From Octopus sinensis (lineage: Eukaryota), in assembly GCF_006345805.1 (NCBI RefSeq), contig NC_043003.1:8494001-8558000 (forward strand): 64,000 bases of DNA, given 5' to 3'. The stretch's first letter is position 1. Each line of letters opens with the position of its first letter. The notes beneath the pieces are model-generated. The model was given only the letters and a program-made list of their open reading frames with translations, searched no databases and was not told the DNA's origin. Positions 13,146-25,745 of this stretch are shown here, piece by piece. Position numbers and translations under genes: made by a program.

Positions 13146-13874
13146 AAAAGAATATATAAATACACATCACCTTTTAAAATGCCCAAAACGAGTTTAGCTA
13201 CCTTCATCTTGGTTTTTCTTTTTCTTTTCTTTTTCTGCTTTCGTTTATTCATTGCTGCATTAAAAACGTAAACGAATTTCTTCCAGAAGGGAATAATATC
13301 CATATCGGATGTGGCATCAGCTGCGATTTCTCATTCACGCAACAAAAAAAAGTACATTTCCAATAGATGGCGCATATATGTTGTACGTAGTTCTCGTATC
13401 AGCTAATTCAATTCACATCTGACAAGAAGAAATTGACGGAACCACATTTGATTATCTACCTTCGAATCGAAAACCGTTCAAACGGGGACTAATTAAGACA
13501 ACGTAAGTTATATAACACAACCGCGAGAGAGAAAGAAAGTTTTTCTTGCGACGAGAAATGATCATACAATGTAAAAATCGAATCCTCAAAATATAAAAAA
13601 AAATCTGAAATCACTTAGCTAAATTCGATCCACAGTGATGCATATCGCAGTAAGCTGTTGCCTAGTTACAAATGTTAAAACAATTAACATAGCACTAATG
13701 CAATAACCAATGTTCACGCATGAGCAGATAAGATGAAAATGCAAAACATCAATACAGCGTTACTCTGCTAATCATAACCACCAAAGATAGTATACATCAT
13801 ATAAAAATATATATGTGAGTGTGTGTTTGGTAGTAGGGAACTGGAAGAAAGCTGTCGTATGTATATATATATAT

Positions 13875-14251
13875 AAGGATAAGATTGTTAATTTAAAATA
13901 ACGATTTTATCAAGTGGTCAGCATGGAAAAAAATATCCTTCAAAGGTAATAATTATTAAAATTATAAATTAGGGTATCTACGAGATACGACCATGCTGAA
14001 AATAGCAGCCATGATCTGACTCTAAAACCACCTTATTTGTCCATATATCAACACGGAGAGAAAATAAAAAGACAAGATGAAACAAGTAAAAAATTACTGT
14101 ATAATTCTAGATACCGGATTTCTGCTTTTGGATTCAGTAATGCTTTGCCTCGTCCGTGTTGATATGTGGACAGTTAAGGTGGTTTTAGAGTCAGATCAGG
14201 GCTACTATTTTCAGCATGGTGGTATCTCGTAGATACCCAAATTTATAATTT

Positions 14252-14252
<1 letters not shown>
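13875..14252. mobile_element. Palindromic element in (TA)n with a truncated hammerhead-like 3' half
   Basis: Arms 13958-14057 and 14153-14252. Minus strand 14125-14106 reads GCA-GAAATCCGGTA-TCTAGA. Confidence 0.55.
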
Positions 14253-14295
<43 letters not shown>

Positions 14296-14502
14296 TTTAT
14301 GCGTATGTGTTTGTGTTAGTCCCCCCCCTCGCCATCGCTTCACAACCGATGCTGGTATCTGTGTCCGATTAATCTAGCGGTTCGGCAACAGAGACCAATA
14401 CAATAAGTACTAGGCTTACAAAGAATAAGTCCTAGGGTCAAAGATGGTATACCTCATATATAAATATATATGTGAGTGTGTGTGCGTGTTACTGTGTGAG
14501 TG

Positions 14503-14860
14503 TACAGGGAGCCATTTTATATATTGTCGCCGTTTTATATTTTTAATAACACCAAGGATGATTTGAAGGCAAGGATTATGGCAGCATTCACCAACTTAAA
14601 CAAGGAGACCGTCCAGAAAAGTTGCAGGAGATTCCGAAATGGTCTGAAGGTCGTGGTTTAAGCCAATAGCAAGATTATTGAATAAATTTACGTTTTTATT
14701 TATTTTATTTTATCTAGTTTCAGCTCACGAGCAGTGGCTATGTTGGAGCACCGCCACTTCATATCTCTTTATGAATTTTCTGTTAATATATCTCTTAAAA
14801 TGAGATGTCGGTGTTATTTTCATTTTTGGGTAATTTAGACGACAATTTATTGCAGCCACA
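14503..14860 (+). mobile_element. Tc1/mariner-superfamily transposon relic (transposase C-terminus)
   Basis: NTKDDLKARIMAAFTNLNKETVQKSCRRFRNGLKVVV*ANSKIIE resembles Tc1-like C-termini. Confidence 0.65.
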
Positions 14861-15358
14861 TGCTTCCAGGTTTGGGCAAGTATTTTCTACTTTGGCCTCG
14901 GGTCGACGAAACACTTATATTTAACGGTTTTTCGTAAAGTCTGTTGCCATGTAATTTCCAGCTTAAGCGTCAGACACTGGAATAAACGAAAGACTACTAA
15001 ATTACCCAGTTATATATGGTCTTTAAAGGTGTTAACTACAGTATTGTGCGAGTGTACGTAGGTAGACGTTGTGAACGCAGGTGTTTTATGTCTTTATAAC
15101 TTTTTAGATTTTTTATCTCTTTGTTATTTTTCTCTTTTTTTCCATCTATTAAAGTTACTTCCCTTATATGTAACAGTTTTTCGTAGTGTGTGTTGCCATT
15201 TAGTAGCCAGTAACTCTTCGCTCCGACAGTAACTCTTCGCTTCGACATTCGAAACTCTGAGTACTATGACAGCCGTTTACTGTTTGCTCTATAAATTATA
15301 GCTTATAAAATAATCCTCTATTTTTATGAATATCGGTCTCATTCTTTTGTTGTTGTTG

Positions 15359-15401
<43 letters not shown>

Positions 15402-15404
<3 letters not shown>

Positions 15405-15785
15405 TGGCACTCTGTCGGTTACGACGACGAAGGTTCCAGTTGATCCAATCAACGGAATAGTCTCCTCGTGAAATTAACATGCAAGTGGCAGAGCACTCCG
15501 TAGACACGTGTATCCTTAACGTATTTCTAGGGGAGATTCAGCGTGACACAGAGTATGACAAGGCTGGCCCTTTGAAATAGAAGTACAAGAGAGACAGGAG
15601 GAAAGAGTGAGAGAAAGTTGTGGTGAAAGAGTACAGCAGTGTTCACCACCACCCACTGCCGGAGCCTCGTGGAGCTTTGGGTGTTTTCGGTCAATAAACA
15701 CTCACAACGCCCGGTCTGGGAATCGAAAACGAAATCCTACGACCACGAGTCCGCTGCCCTAACTACTGGGCCATTGCGCTTCCAC
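15402..15785 (-). mobile_element. tRNA-derived SINE family E
   Basis: Minus-strand head GCGCAATGGCCCAGTAGTTAGGGCAGCGGACTC...TTCGATTCCC. Second copy at 58912-59297. Confidence 0.85.
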
Positions 15786-15828
15786 GCACGCGCGCACACA
15801 CACACGCACACACACACACACACACATA

Positions 15829-16235
15829 GGCGCAGGAGTGGCTGTGTGGTAAGTAGCTTGTTTACCAACCACATGGTTCCGGGTTCAGTCCCACTGCGTG
15901 GCACCTTGGGCAAGTGTCTTCTGCTATAGCCTCGGGCCGACCAAAGCCTTTTGAGTGGATTTGGTAGACGGAAACTGAAAGAAGCCTGTCGTATATATGT
16001 ATATATATGCATATATGTGTGTGCGTGTATGTTTGTGTTTGTCCCCCTAGCATTGCTTGACAACCGATGCTGGTGTGTTTAGGTCCCCGTCACTTAGCGG
16101 TTCGGCAAAAGAGACCGATAGAATAAGTACTGGGCTTACAAAGAATAAATCCTGGGGTCGAGTTGCTCGATTAAAGGCGGTGCTCCAGCATGGCCACAGT
16201 CAAATGACTGAAACAAGTAAAAGAGAGTAAAAGAG
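15829..16235 (+). mobile_element. tRNA-derived SINE family D, full length
   Basis: GGCGCAGGAGTGGCTGTGTGGTAAG...GGTTCAGTCCC (A/B boxes), an internal microsatellite and a conserved tail. More than 10 copies in the window. Confidence 0.9.
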
Positions 16236-16934
16236 ATATGTGTGTGTGTGTGAATATATATATATACGTACATATATATGCATATACGTAAATATATATG
16301 TACGTGTGTGTATGTGTGTGTGCGCGCTCGTTGGTGTAATCATATTGTGCGTGTGAATTACTGTATTTTCCTGTATAATTTATTGGGCGATCGGAATTAA
16401 TCAGAGCCCTTTTTTTTACTCATTTCACTTTGTAAGTATATTTCTTCTCACGCAGCGTAAATCTTGAAGATTGAGAACGTAGCTACCTGTCCATCTCCCT
16501 ATGTCTCACACTTTCTCTTCCTCTGTCACTTCATCTCATTCTCTCTCTTTTCTCTCTCTTTATATCTTTGTGTGTGCATGTGTCCATCAAGAAACACGGA
16601 AGCTACTGGACGCATACACCTAGCCAATTTTCTTCTATAATGTCCTTCTGGCTTGCATTCAAGGTTGTTAAAAGGCTAACATAATTACGTAGGCGTCTCT
16701 AAGTGTTGGGATTTCTTTAAAACCCGGCATTAAACTCATTCTATATTCGTGCACAAAATAAATAGTTAGTTGTTGAGCAGTTTGATCCGTGTCCAACAAT
16801 ATTTACGCCAGCGTTTGCGTCCTCACGAACGGGCACTCACACACCCACACACCAGATATCCGCCCAAATATGTACGATGTGGGGAATCAGGTATGTGAAT
16901 CCCTCATTTTAGTGTGCATGTGTCTGCATGTATG

Positions 16935-16971
<37 letters not shown>

Positions 16972-17210
16972 GCAAACACATGCTTATATATACTTACATA
17001 TATATACATATGTATACATATGTACATATATGGATATATATGTATATATATATATGTATATATAAGTATATATATATATATATATATACATATATACATA
17101 CACACATATATATGTGTGTATATATATATATATATAAAATCTAAGCTGGATCCTCATTAACCATTTCTACGAATACTGGCTATCAAGAGTAGAAAATACA
17201 CATACACGCG

Positions 17211-17260
<50 letters not shown>

Positions 17261-17344
17261 TAGAGAGATAGATGAATAGACAGATCGATCGATCGATAGA
17301 TAGATAGATAGATAGATAGATAGACAGACAGACGACAGACAGAC

Positions 17345-17454
<110 letters not shown>

Positions 17455-17671
17455 GTATATATATATATAGAGAGAGAGAGAGATAGATAGATAGAAAAAC
17501 AGGAACAAATTACATCCGTATATATGAAATTTATGGAAAACGTTGTATTTTTGTGAATTAGTTCACTTTGAAGGGGTTGCAAGTGTTGGACCTCTGATGA
17601 AATTGCAGCAACTAGGATGAATAATTGCATAGGGAGCAATGTGCAGTCTCTGCAGTAGTCATTGTCAATTA

Positions 17672-17743
<72 letters not shown>

Positions 17744-18211
17744 TGGTATAAAAGATGGGCTACAGCAAATATTCTGCTCAATACCACAGATTTGCTTGTC
17801 AGTTGTTTGACCTTAACCAGTTGAGCATGTCCCTTAGTGGCTGACAATATGTGCATCTCTGATCACGAGCAGAAGTAGTGGGGGAGCATCATAGCCATGT
17901 GTTGAGAGGGATTCTTGGGTTTGAATAGTTCACCTCTGGAAACATGGGTGGTTCTTTCAACATCCTTAAACAACCCTTATTCAGGGACCGTTTGAGTGGG
18001 ATGGGCTACTCAACCTGAAGAAAATTCTAATTGGGCCCCACCTGCAAGGTCATGTGCTTTTTATTTGATATGAGATTACCATGTCGCGCACATATGGTTG
18101 TGATGCATGTGCCTGGTGTACCTTTATCAGACGGGTAGTCATGATGGGTATATTGAGCTTCGTATATTTTACCCCAGTGTCACTTTGATGGCATGAACTG
18201 CTCTCTCACTC
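17744..18211 (+). mobile_element. Repeat family A copy 3
   Basis: Near-identical to 5074-5543 and 4217-4615. Confidence 0.7.
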
Positions 18212-18265
<54 letters not shown>

Positions 18266-18266
<1 letters not shown>

Positions 18267-18605
18267 TGGTGACCCCCTTCGGTCAGACACAGACCATGGG
18301 TTTGCACCTAGAGAGTTACCCTCCCAGGCACAAGTCCGGGCAAGGTTGTTTATGGAAGACCAGCAGTTACCCATGCATACCAACCTCCCCTCTTCACGCT
18401 ACAGATGTTATCCAAGGGAAAAGGCAAGGGCCGATACAGTTGGCACCTGTGACGTCGCAACTCATTTTTACAGCTGAGTGAACTGGAGCAATGTGAAATA
18501 AAGTGTCTTGCTCAAGAACACAACACGCAGCCCGGTCCGGGATTCGAGCTCACAACCTCACGATCGTAAGCTCGACGCTCTAACCACTGAGCCACGCGCC
18601 TTCAC
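18266..18605 (-). mobile_element. tRNA-derived SINE family B copy 2
   Basis: Near-identical to 4683-5022, with the same ends. Confidence 0.85.
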
Positions 18606-18669
<64 letters not shown>

Positions 18670-18690
18670 AAGAAGAAGAAGAAGAATATT

Positions 18691-18723
<33 letters not shown>

Positions 18724-18797
18724 GGAATATAATTCCAAAAGTTACAGGGAAAAATTCAATTTAACAATTTAAAATCAAATTCCACATTATATAATAT

Positions 18798-18924
18798 ATG
18801 TATATAATTGAGAGAAAAACCTCTATTAAATAATTCAATAATGAAAGATGTTATTCACACCATATTGACAACATATACTATAAAAAAAAACTTTTCTAAA
18901 AATCAATAAAGTACAGTAAATAGT

Positions 18925-18994
<70 letters not shown>

Positions 18995-18995
18995 T

Positions 18996-19028
<33 letters not shown>

Positions 19029-19167
19029 AAAAGACTACTATTTACTATTGTACTTTATTGATTTTTAGAATAAGGTTTTTTTATAATATATGTTTTCTAT
19101 ATGGTGTGAATAACATCTTTCATTATTGAATTGATTAATAGAGGTTTTACTCTAAATTATATACATA
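18798..19167. repeat. Imperfect inverted repeat (~130-bp arms) around a (TAG)n tract
   Basis: AATGAAAGATGTTATTCACACCATA on the left versus TATGGTGTGAATAACATCTTTCATT on the right. Confidence 0.8.
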
Positions 19168-19184
19168 CATACATATACATACAT

Positions 19185-19215
<31 letters not shown>

Positions 19216-19263
19216 CATATAATATATATATTATATATATATATATTATATATATATATATAT

Positions 19264-21582
19264 TATAAAACAAGAAGGGTAGTAATATTATTTACTACCA
19301 GGTGCCCAGCACAAAAGACGAATTAGTATAAGACAAAAATATTATTCATATAGAAAAATATTATTCATGTAGTTATACAATTAAGGGCTCCTAAATAAAG
19401 ATGCCGAGTGCTGGGAACACCAAAAGGGGGATGATTTATCGAGAGTGAAAATCAAAAACGTTTACCGATAACTTTAACAACTCGTACCGCGGTTTCTGCT
19501 TCTTTCTAGCAAAACACAGAATATGTTTGCTAAGGCCAGCTTCATCAGCGAGTTGCCTGAATTTAATCGAGGTCTGCAGCGATGTGGGGCTATACGTTAA
19601 ACCCGACTACTAGCAGATCTTAACTTTTCAAATCTCTGCGCAGACGCAAAATTTACGCGGGCATGCCGGGAAGAATTTTACGAATAATTCATCATGTAGT
19701 ATGCGAATATAAACAAGAAGGGTAGTAATATTATTTACTACCAGGTGCCCAGCACAAAAGACGAATTAGTCATAAGACAAAAATATATTCATATAGAAAA
19801 ATATTATTCATGTAGTTATACAATTAAGGGCTCCTAAATAAAGATGCCGAGTGCTGGGAACACAAAAAGGGGATGAATTTATCGAGAGTGAAAATCAAAA
19901 ACGTTTACCGATAACTTTAACAACTCGTACCGCGGTTTCTGCTTCTTTCTAGCAAAACACAGAATATGTTTGCTAAGGCCAGCTTCATCAGCGAGTTGCC
20001 TGAATTTAATCGAGGTCTGCAGCGATGTGGGGCTATACGTTAAACCCGACTACTAGCAGATCTTAACTTTTCAAATCTCTGCGCAGACGCAAAATTTACG
20101 CGGGCATGCCGGGAAGAATTTTACGAATAAATTCATCATGTAGTATGCGAATATAAACAAGAGGGTAGTAATATTATTTACTACCAGGTGCCCAGCACAA
20201 AAGACGAATTATCATAAGACAAAAATATTATTCATATAGAAAAATATTATTCATGTAGTTATACAATTAAGGGCTCCTAAATAAAGATGCCGAGTGCTGG
20301 GAACACAAAAAGGGGATGAATTTATCGAGAGTGAAAATCAAAAACGTTTACCGATAACTTTAACAACTCGTACCGCGGTTTCTGCTTCTTTCTAGCAAAA
20401 CACAGAATATGTTTGCTAAGGCCAGCTTCATCAGCGAGTTGCCTGAATTTAATCGAGGTCTGCAGCGATGTGGGGCTATACGTTAAACCCGACTACTAGC
20501 AGATCTTAACTTTTCAAATCTCTGCGCAGACGCAAAATTTACGCGGGCATGCCGGGAAGAATTTTACGAATAATTCATCATGTAGTATGCGAATATAAAC
20601 AAGAAGGGTAGTAATATTATTTACTACCAGGTGCCCAGCACAAAAGACGAATTAGTCATAAGACAAAAATATTATTCATATAGAAAAATATTATTCATGT
20701 AGTTATACAATTAAGGGCTCCTAATAAAGATGCCGAGTGCTGGGAACACAAAAAGGGGATGAATTTATCGAGAGTGAAAATCAAAAACGTTTACCGATAA
20801 CTTTAACAACTCGTACCGCGGTTTCTGCTTCTTTCTAGCAAAACACAGAATATGTTTGCTAAGGCCAGCTTCATCAGCGAGTTGCCTGAATTTAATCGAG
20901 GTCTGCAGCGATGTGGGGCTATACGTTAAACCCGACTACTAGCAGATCTTAACTTTTCAAATCTCTGCGCAGACGCAAAATTTACGCGGGCATGCCGGGA
21001 AGAATTTTACGAATAAATTCATCATGTAGTATGCGAATATAAACAAGAAGGGTAGTAATATTATTTACTACCAGGTGCCCAGCACAAAAGACGAATTAGT
21101 CATAAGACAAAAATATTATTCATATAGAAAAATATTATTCATGTAGTTATACAATTAAGGGCTCCTAAATAAAGATGCCGAGTGCTGGGAACACAAAAAG
21201 GGGATGAATTTATCGAGAGTGAAAATCAAAAACGTTTACCGATAACTTTAACAACTCGTACCGCGGTTTCTGCTTCTTTCTAGCAAAACACAGAATATGT
21301 TTGCTAAGGCCAGCTTCATCAGCGAGTTGCCTGAATTTAATCGAGGTCTGCAGCGATGTGGGGCTATTTAAACCCGACTACTAGCAGATCTTAACTTTTC
21401 AAATCTCTGCGCAGACGCAAAATTTACGCGGGCATGCCGGGAAGATTTTACGAATAAATTCATCATGTAGTATGCGAATATAAACAAGAAGGGTAGTAAT
21501 ATTATTCTACCAGGTGCCCAGCACAAAAGACGAATTAGTCATAAGACAAAAATATTATTCATATAGAAAAATATTATTCATG
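19264..21582 (-). repeat. Tandem array of ~444-bp hammerhead-containing units, left arm (~5.2 units)
   Basis: Unit starts at about 19271, 19714, 20158, 20600, 21044 and 21485. HHR motifs on the minus strand at 19478-19555, 19921-19998, 20364-20441, 20807-20884 and 21252-21329. Confidence 0.95.
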
Positions 21583-24398
21583 GCCTTAGCAAACACTATT
21601 CTGTGTTTTGCTAGAAAGAAGCAGAAACCGCGGTACGAGTTGTTAAAGTTATCGGTAACGTTTTTGATTTTCACTCTCGATAATTCATCCCCTTTTTGTG
21701 TTCCCAGCACTCGGCATCTTTATTAGGAGCCCTTAATTGTATAACTACATGAATAATATTTTTCTATATGAATAATATTTTTGTCTTATGACTAATCGTC
21801 TTTTGTGCTGGGCACCTGGTAGTAAATAATATTACTACCCTTCTTGTTTATATTCGCATACTACATGATGAATTTATTCGTAAAATTCTTCCCGGCATGC
21901 CCGCGTAAATTTTGCGTCTGCGCAGAGATTTGAAAAGTTAAGATCTGCTAGTAGTCGGGTTTAACGTATAGCCCCACATCGCTGCAGACCTCGATTAAAT
22001 TCAGGCAACTCGCTGATGAAGCTGGCCTTAGCAAACATATTCTGTGTTTTGCTAGAAAGAAGCAGAAACCGCGGTACGAGTTGTTAAAGTTATCGGTAAA
22101 CGTTTTTGATTTTCACTCTCGATAAATTCACCCCTTTTGTGTTCCCAGCACTCGGCATCTTTATTTAGGAGCCCTTAATTGTATAACTACATGAATAATA
22201 TTTTTCTATATGAATAATATTTTTGTCTTATGACTAATTCGTCTTTTGTGCTGGGCACCTGGTAGTAAATAATATTACTACCCTTCTTGTTTATATTCGC
22301 ATACTACGATGAATTTATTCGTAAAATTCTTCCCGGCATGCCCGCGTAAATTTTGCGTCTGCGCAAGATTTGAAAAGTTAAGACTGCTAGTAGTCGGGTT
22401 TAACGTATAGCCCCACATCGCTGCAGACCTCGATTAAATTCAGGCAACTCGCTGATGAAGCTGGCCTTAGCAAACATATTCTGTGTTTTGCTAGAAAGAA
22501 GCAGAAACCGCGGTACGAGTTGTTAAAGTTATCGGTAAACGTTTTTGATTTTCACTCTCGATAAATTCATCCCCTTTTTGTGTTCCCAGCACTCGGCATC
22601 TTTATTTAGGAGCCCTTAATTGTATAACTACATGAATAATTTTTTCTATATGAATAATATTTTTGTCTTATGACTAATTCGTCTTTTGTGCTGGGCACCT
22701 GGTAGTAAATAATATTACTACCCTTCTTGTTTATATTCGCATACTACATGATGAATTTATTCGTAAAATCTTCTTCCCGGCATGCCCGCGTAAATTTTGC
22801 GTCTGCGCAGAGATTTGAAAAGTTAAGATCTGCTAGTAGTCGGGTTTAACGTATAGCCCCACATCGCTGCAGACCTCGATTAAATTCAGGCAACTCGCTG
22901 ATGAAGCTGGCCTTAGCAAACATATTCTGTGTTTTGCTAGAAAGAAGCAGAAACCGCGGTACGAGTTGTTAAAGTTATCGGTAAACGTTTTTGATTTTCA
23001 CTCTCGATAAATTCATCCCCTTTTTGTGTTCCCAGCACTCGGCATCTTTATTTAGGAGCCCTTAATTGTATAACTACATGAATAATATTTTTCTCTATAT
23101 GAATAATATTTTTGTCTTATGACTAATTCGTCTTTTGTGCTGGGCACCTGGTAGTAAATAATATTACTACCCTTCTTGTTTATATTCGCATACTACATGA
23201 TGAATTTATTCGTAAAATTCTTCCCGGCATGCCCGCGTAAATTTTGCGTCTGCGCAGAGATTTGAAAAGTTAAGATCTGCTAGTAGTCGGGTTTAACGTA
23301 TAGCCCCACATCGCTGCAGACCTCGATTAAATTCAGGCAACTCGCTGATGAAGCTGGCCTTAGCAAACATATTCTGTGTTTTGCTAGAAAGAAGCAGAAA
23401 CCGCGGTACGAGTTGTTAAAGTTATCGGTAAACGTTTTTGATTTTCACTCTCGATAAATTCATCCCCTTTTTGTGTTCCCAGCACTCGGCATCTTTATTT
23501 AGGAGCCCTTAATTGTATAACTACATGAATAATATTTTTCTATATGAATAATATTTTTGTCTTATGACTAATTCGTCTTTTGTGCTGGGCACCTGGTAGT
23601 AAATAATATTACTACCCTTCTTGTTTATATTCGCATACTACATGATGAATTTATTCGTAAAATTCTTCCCGGCATGCCCGCGTAAATTTTGCGTCTGCGC
23701 AGAGATTTGAAAAGTTAAGATCTGCTAGTAGTCGTTTAACGTATAGCCCCACATCGCTGCAGACCTCGATTAAATTCAGGCAACTCGCTGATGAAGCTGG
23801 CCTTAGCAAACATATTCTGTGTTTTGCTAGAAAGAAGCAGAAACCGCGGTACGAGTTGTTAAAGTTATCGGTAAACGTTTTTGATTTTCACTCTCGATAA
23901 ATTCATCCCCTTTTTGTGTTCCCAGCACTCGGCATCTTTATTTAGGAGCCCTTAATTGTATAACTACATGAATAATATTTTTCTATATGAATAATATTTT
24001 TGTCTTATGACTAATTCGTCTTTTGTGCTGGGCACCTGATAGTAAATAATATTACTACCCTTCTTGTTTATATTCGCATACTACATGATGAATTATTCGT
24101 AAATTCTTCCCGGCATGCCCGCGTAAATTTTGCGTCTCTGCGCAGAGATTTGAAAAGTTAAGATCTGCTAGTAGTCGGGTTTAACGTATAGCCCCACATC
24201 GCTGCAGACCTCGATTAAATTCAGGCAACTCGCTGATGAAGCTGGCCTTAGCAACATATTCTGTGTTTTGCTAGAAAGAAGCAGAAACCGCGGTACGAGT
24301 TGTTAAAGTTATCGGTAAACGTTTTTGATTTTCACTCTCGATAAATTCATCCCCTTTTTGTGTTCCCAGCACTCGGCATCTTTATTTAGGAGCCCTTA

Positions 24399-24406
<8 letters not shown>
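21581..24406 (+). repeat. Tandem array of the same ~444-bp unit, inverted right arm (~6.4 units)
   Basis: HHR motifs on the plus strand at 22006-22083, 22445-22522, 22891-22968, 23338-23415, 23781-23858 and 24226-24302, plus a truncated one at 21581-21642. Confidence 0.95.
22006..22083 (+). ncRNA. Type I hammerhead ribozyme motif (representative of 11 copies)
   Basis: CAACTCG-CTGATGA-[A GCT..TAGCAAA..TTTGCTA..AGC A]-GAA-ACCGCGGT-A-CGAGTTG: 7-bp stem I, canonical core, palindromic stem III, and a GUA site (predicted cut after 22076). Confidence 0.8.
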
Positions 24407-24438
<32 letters not shown>

Positions 24439-25113
24439 CTGTCCATATGCATCGTTCTAATGTAGAGAGGCGGCTTAACTTTGACAACGAAGTAAAAAAA
24501 CTGCACCGCGAGGATTATATAGGCCTTTACCAGAATTCTTGTTGTCTTAGTATGATCTATGATCGCTTTTTGTTGTTCTTTTTTTAATTCTACAATCAGA
24601 AATGTTTGCGAATGCCACTGACAGAAATCTGAGGGACGTTATCTGAAAGCGCTGTTCCGATCCATGAGTGGAACCGTCAGATATCCAGAGGGATTCAACA
24701 GCTCTGGGTCGGCTGTCACCAGTCTTGTGAAGTTTAATCGAGTCTATAATCAGCGGCTGCCATGCATAATTAGCAAAATATTCTCAGTGGTTAATGGGAA
24801 ATAAACTTTAGGAGTTTAGGGTACCTAAGACAAATTAATTAGGCAGGGCTACATAGATTTTAACTTTCTGTATGAAGCAAAAAGCCTTCATCCTCTGACT
24901 TCTGAAGATGTAGTTATGTTGGTAGTGAATTACTTTTGTCGTTTTTTCTTTTATTCGTTTCACAAATGTTTTGTCCCATAAGCTTGAACCCGCGACAGGG
25001 AAGAAAGAATGTATGCCATGGGCAAACTTACTTTTGCTGTTCTTGGCTCTGTGTTGAGAAGTTTGCTTCCTAATTACATGGTTCCGAGTTCATTCACACA
25101 ACATGTATGTATG

Positions 25114-25145
<32 letters not shown>

Positions 25146-25156
25146 TGTATGTGTGG

Positions 25157-25508
25157 TGTAGGAGTTTGCTGTGTGGTAAGTAGCTTGCTTACGAACCACA
25201 TGGTTCCGGGTTCAGTCTCACTGCGTGGCACCTTGGGCGAGTGTCTTCTATGATGCCTCGGGTCGACCGAAAACTTGTGAGTAGATTTAGTAAACGGAAA
25301 GCCCGTCGTATATATGTATATGTGTGTGTGTCTTTGTGCTTGTGTGTGTGTGTGTGTGCGAATATGTGTGTGCAAATGTATCTGTGTATGCGTGTGTGTG
25401 TGTGTATGTACGTGTGTGTGTGTGAATGTGTCTTTGTCAGTGTGCGTATGTGTTTGTTAATGTGTCTAAGCATCTGTATATGTGTATGTGTGTGCGTGTG
25501 TTTGTGTC

Positions 25509-25562
<54 letters not shown>

Positions 25563-25745
25563 TGTGAATGTGTTTGCTCCCCACAACTGCTTGACAACCG
25601 GTGTCGGTGTATTTACATTCCCCGTAATCTATCGGTTGGGCAAACGCAAACAAGATAAGTACCAGGCTAAAAAAGAATTCCTCGGGGTGGTGCCCCAGAA
25701 TGGCCGCAGTCTAATTACTAAAAAAAGTAAAAGATAAAAGATAAA
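25157..25745 (+). mobile_element. SINE family D with an expanded (TG)n interior
   Basis: Head and tail match 15829-16235. Confidence 0.8.

Noticed and set aside
19264-21582. Single-base indels between array units as biological divergence
   Set aside because: They are mostly homopolymer or single-base indels typical of long-read consensus error, so they cannot be used to date the array.
19264-24406. CRISPR-like array, or a coding repeat (70-aa ORF at 21514-21726)
   Set aside because: Units are identical end to end with no unique spacers and no cas genes, and the context is eukaryotic. The ORF is a chance product of the inversion junction.
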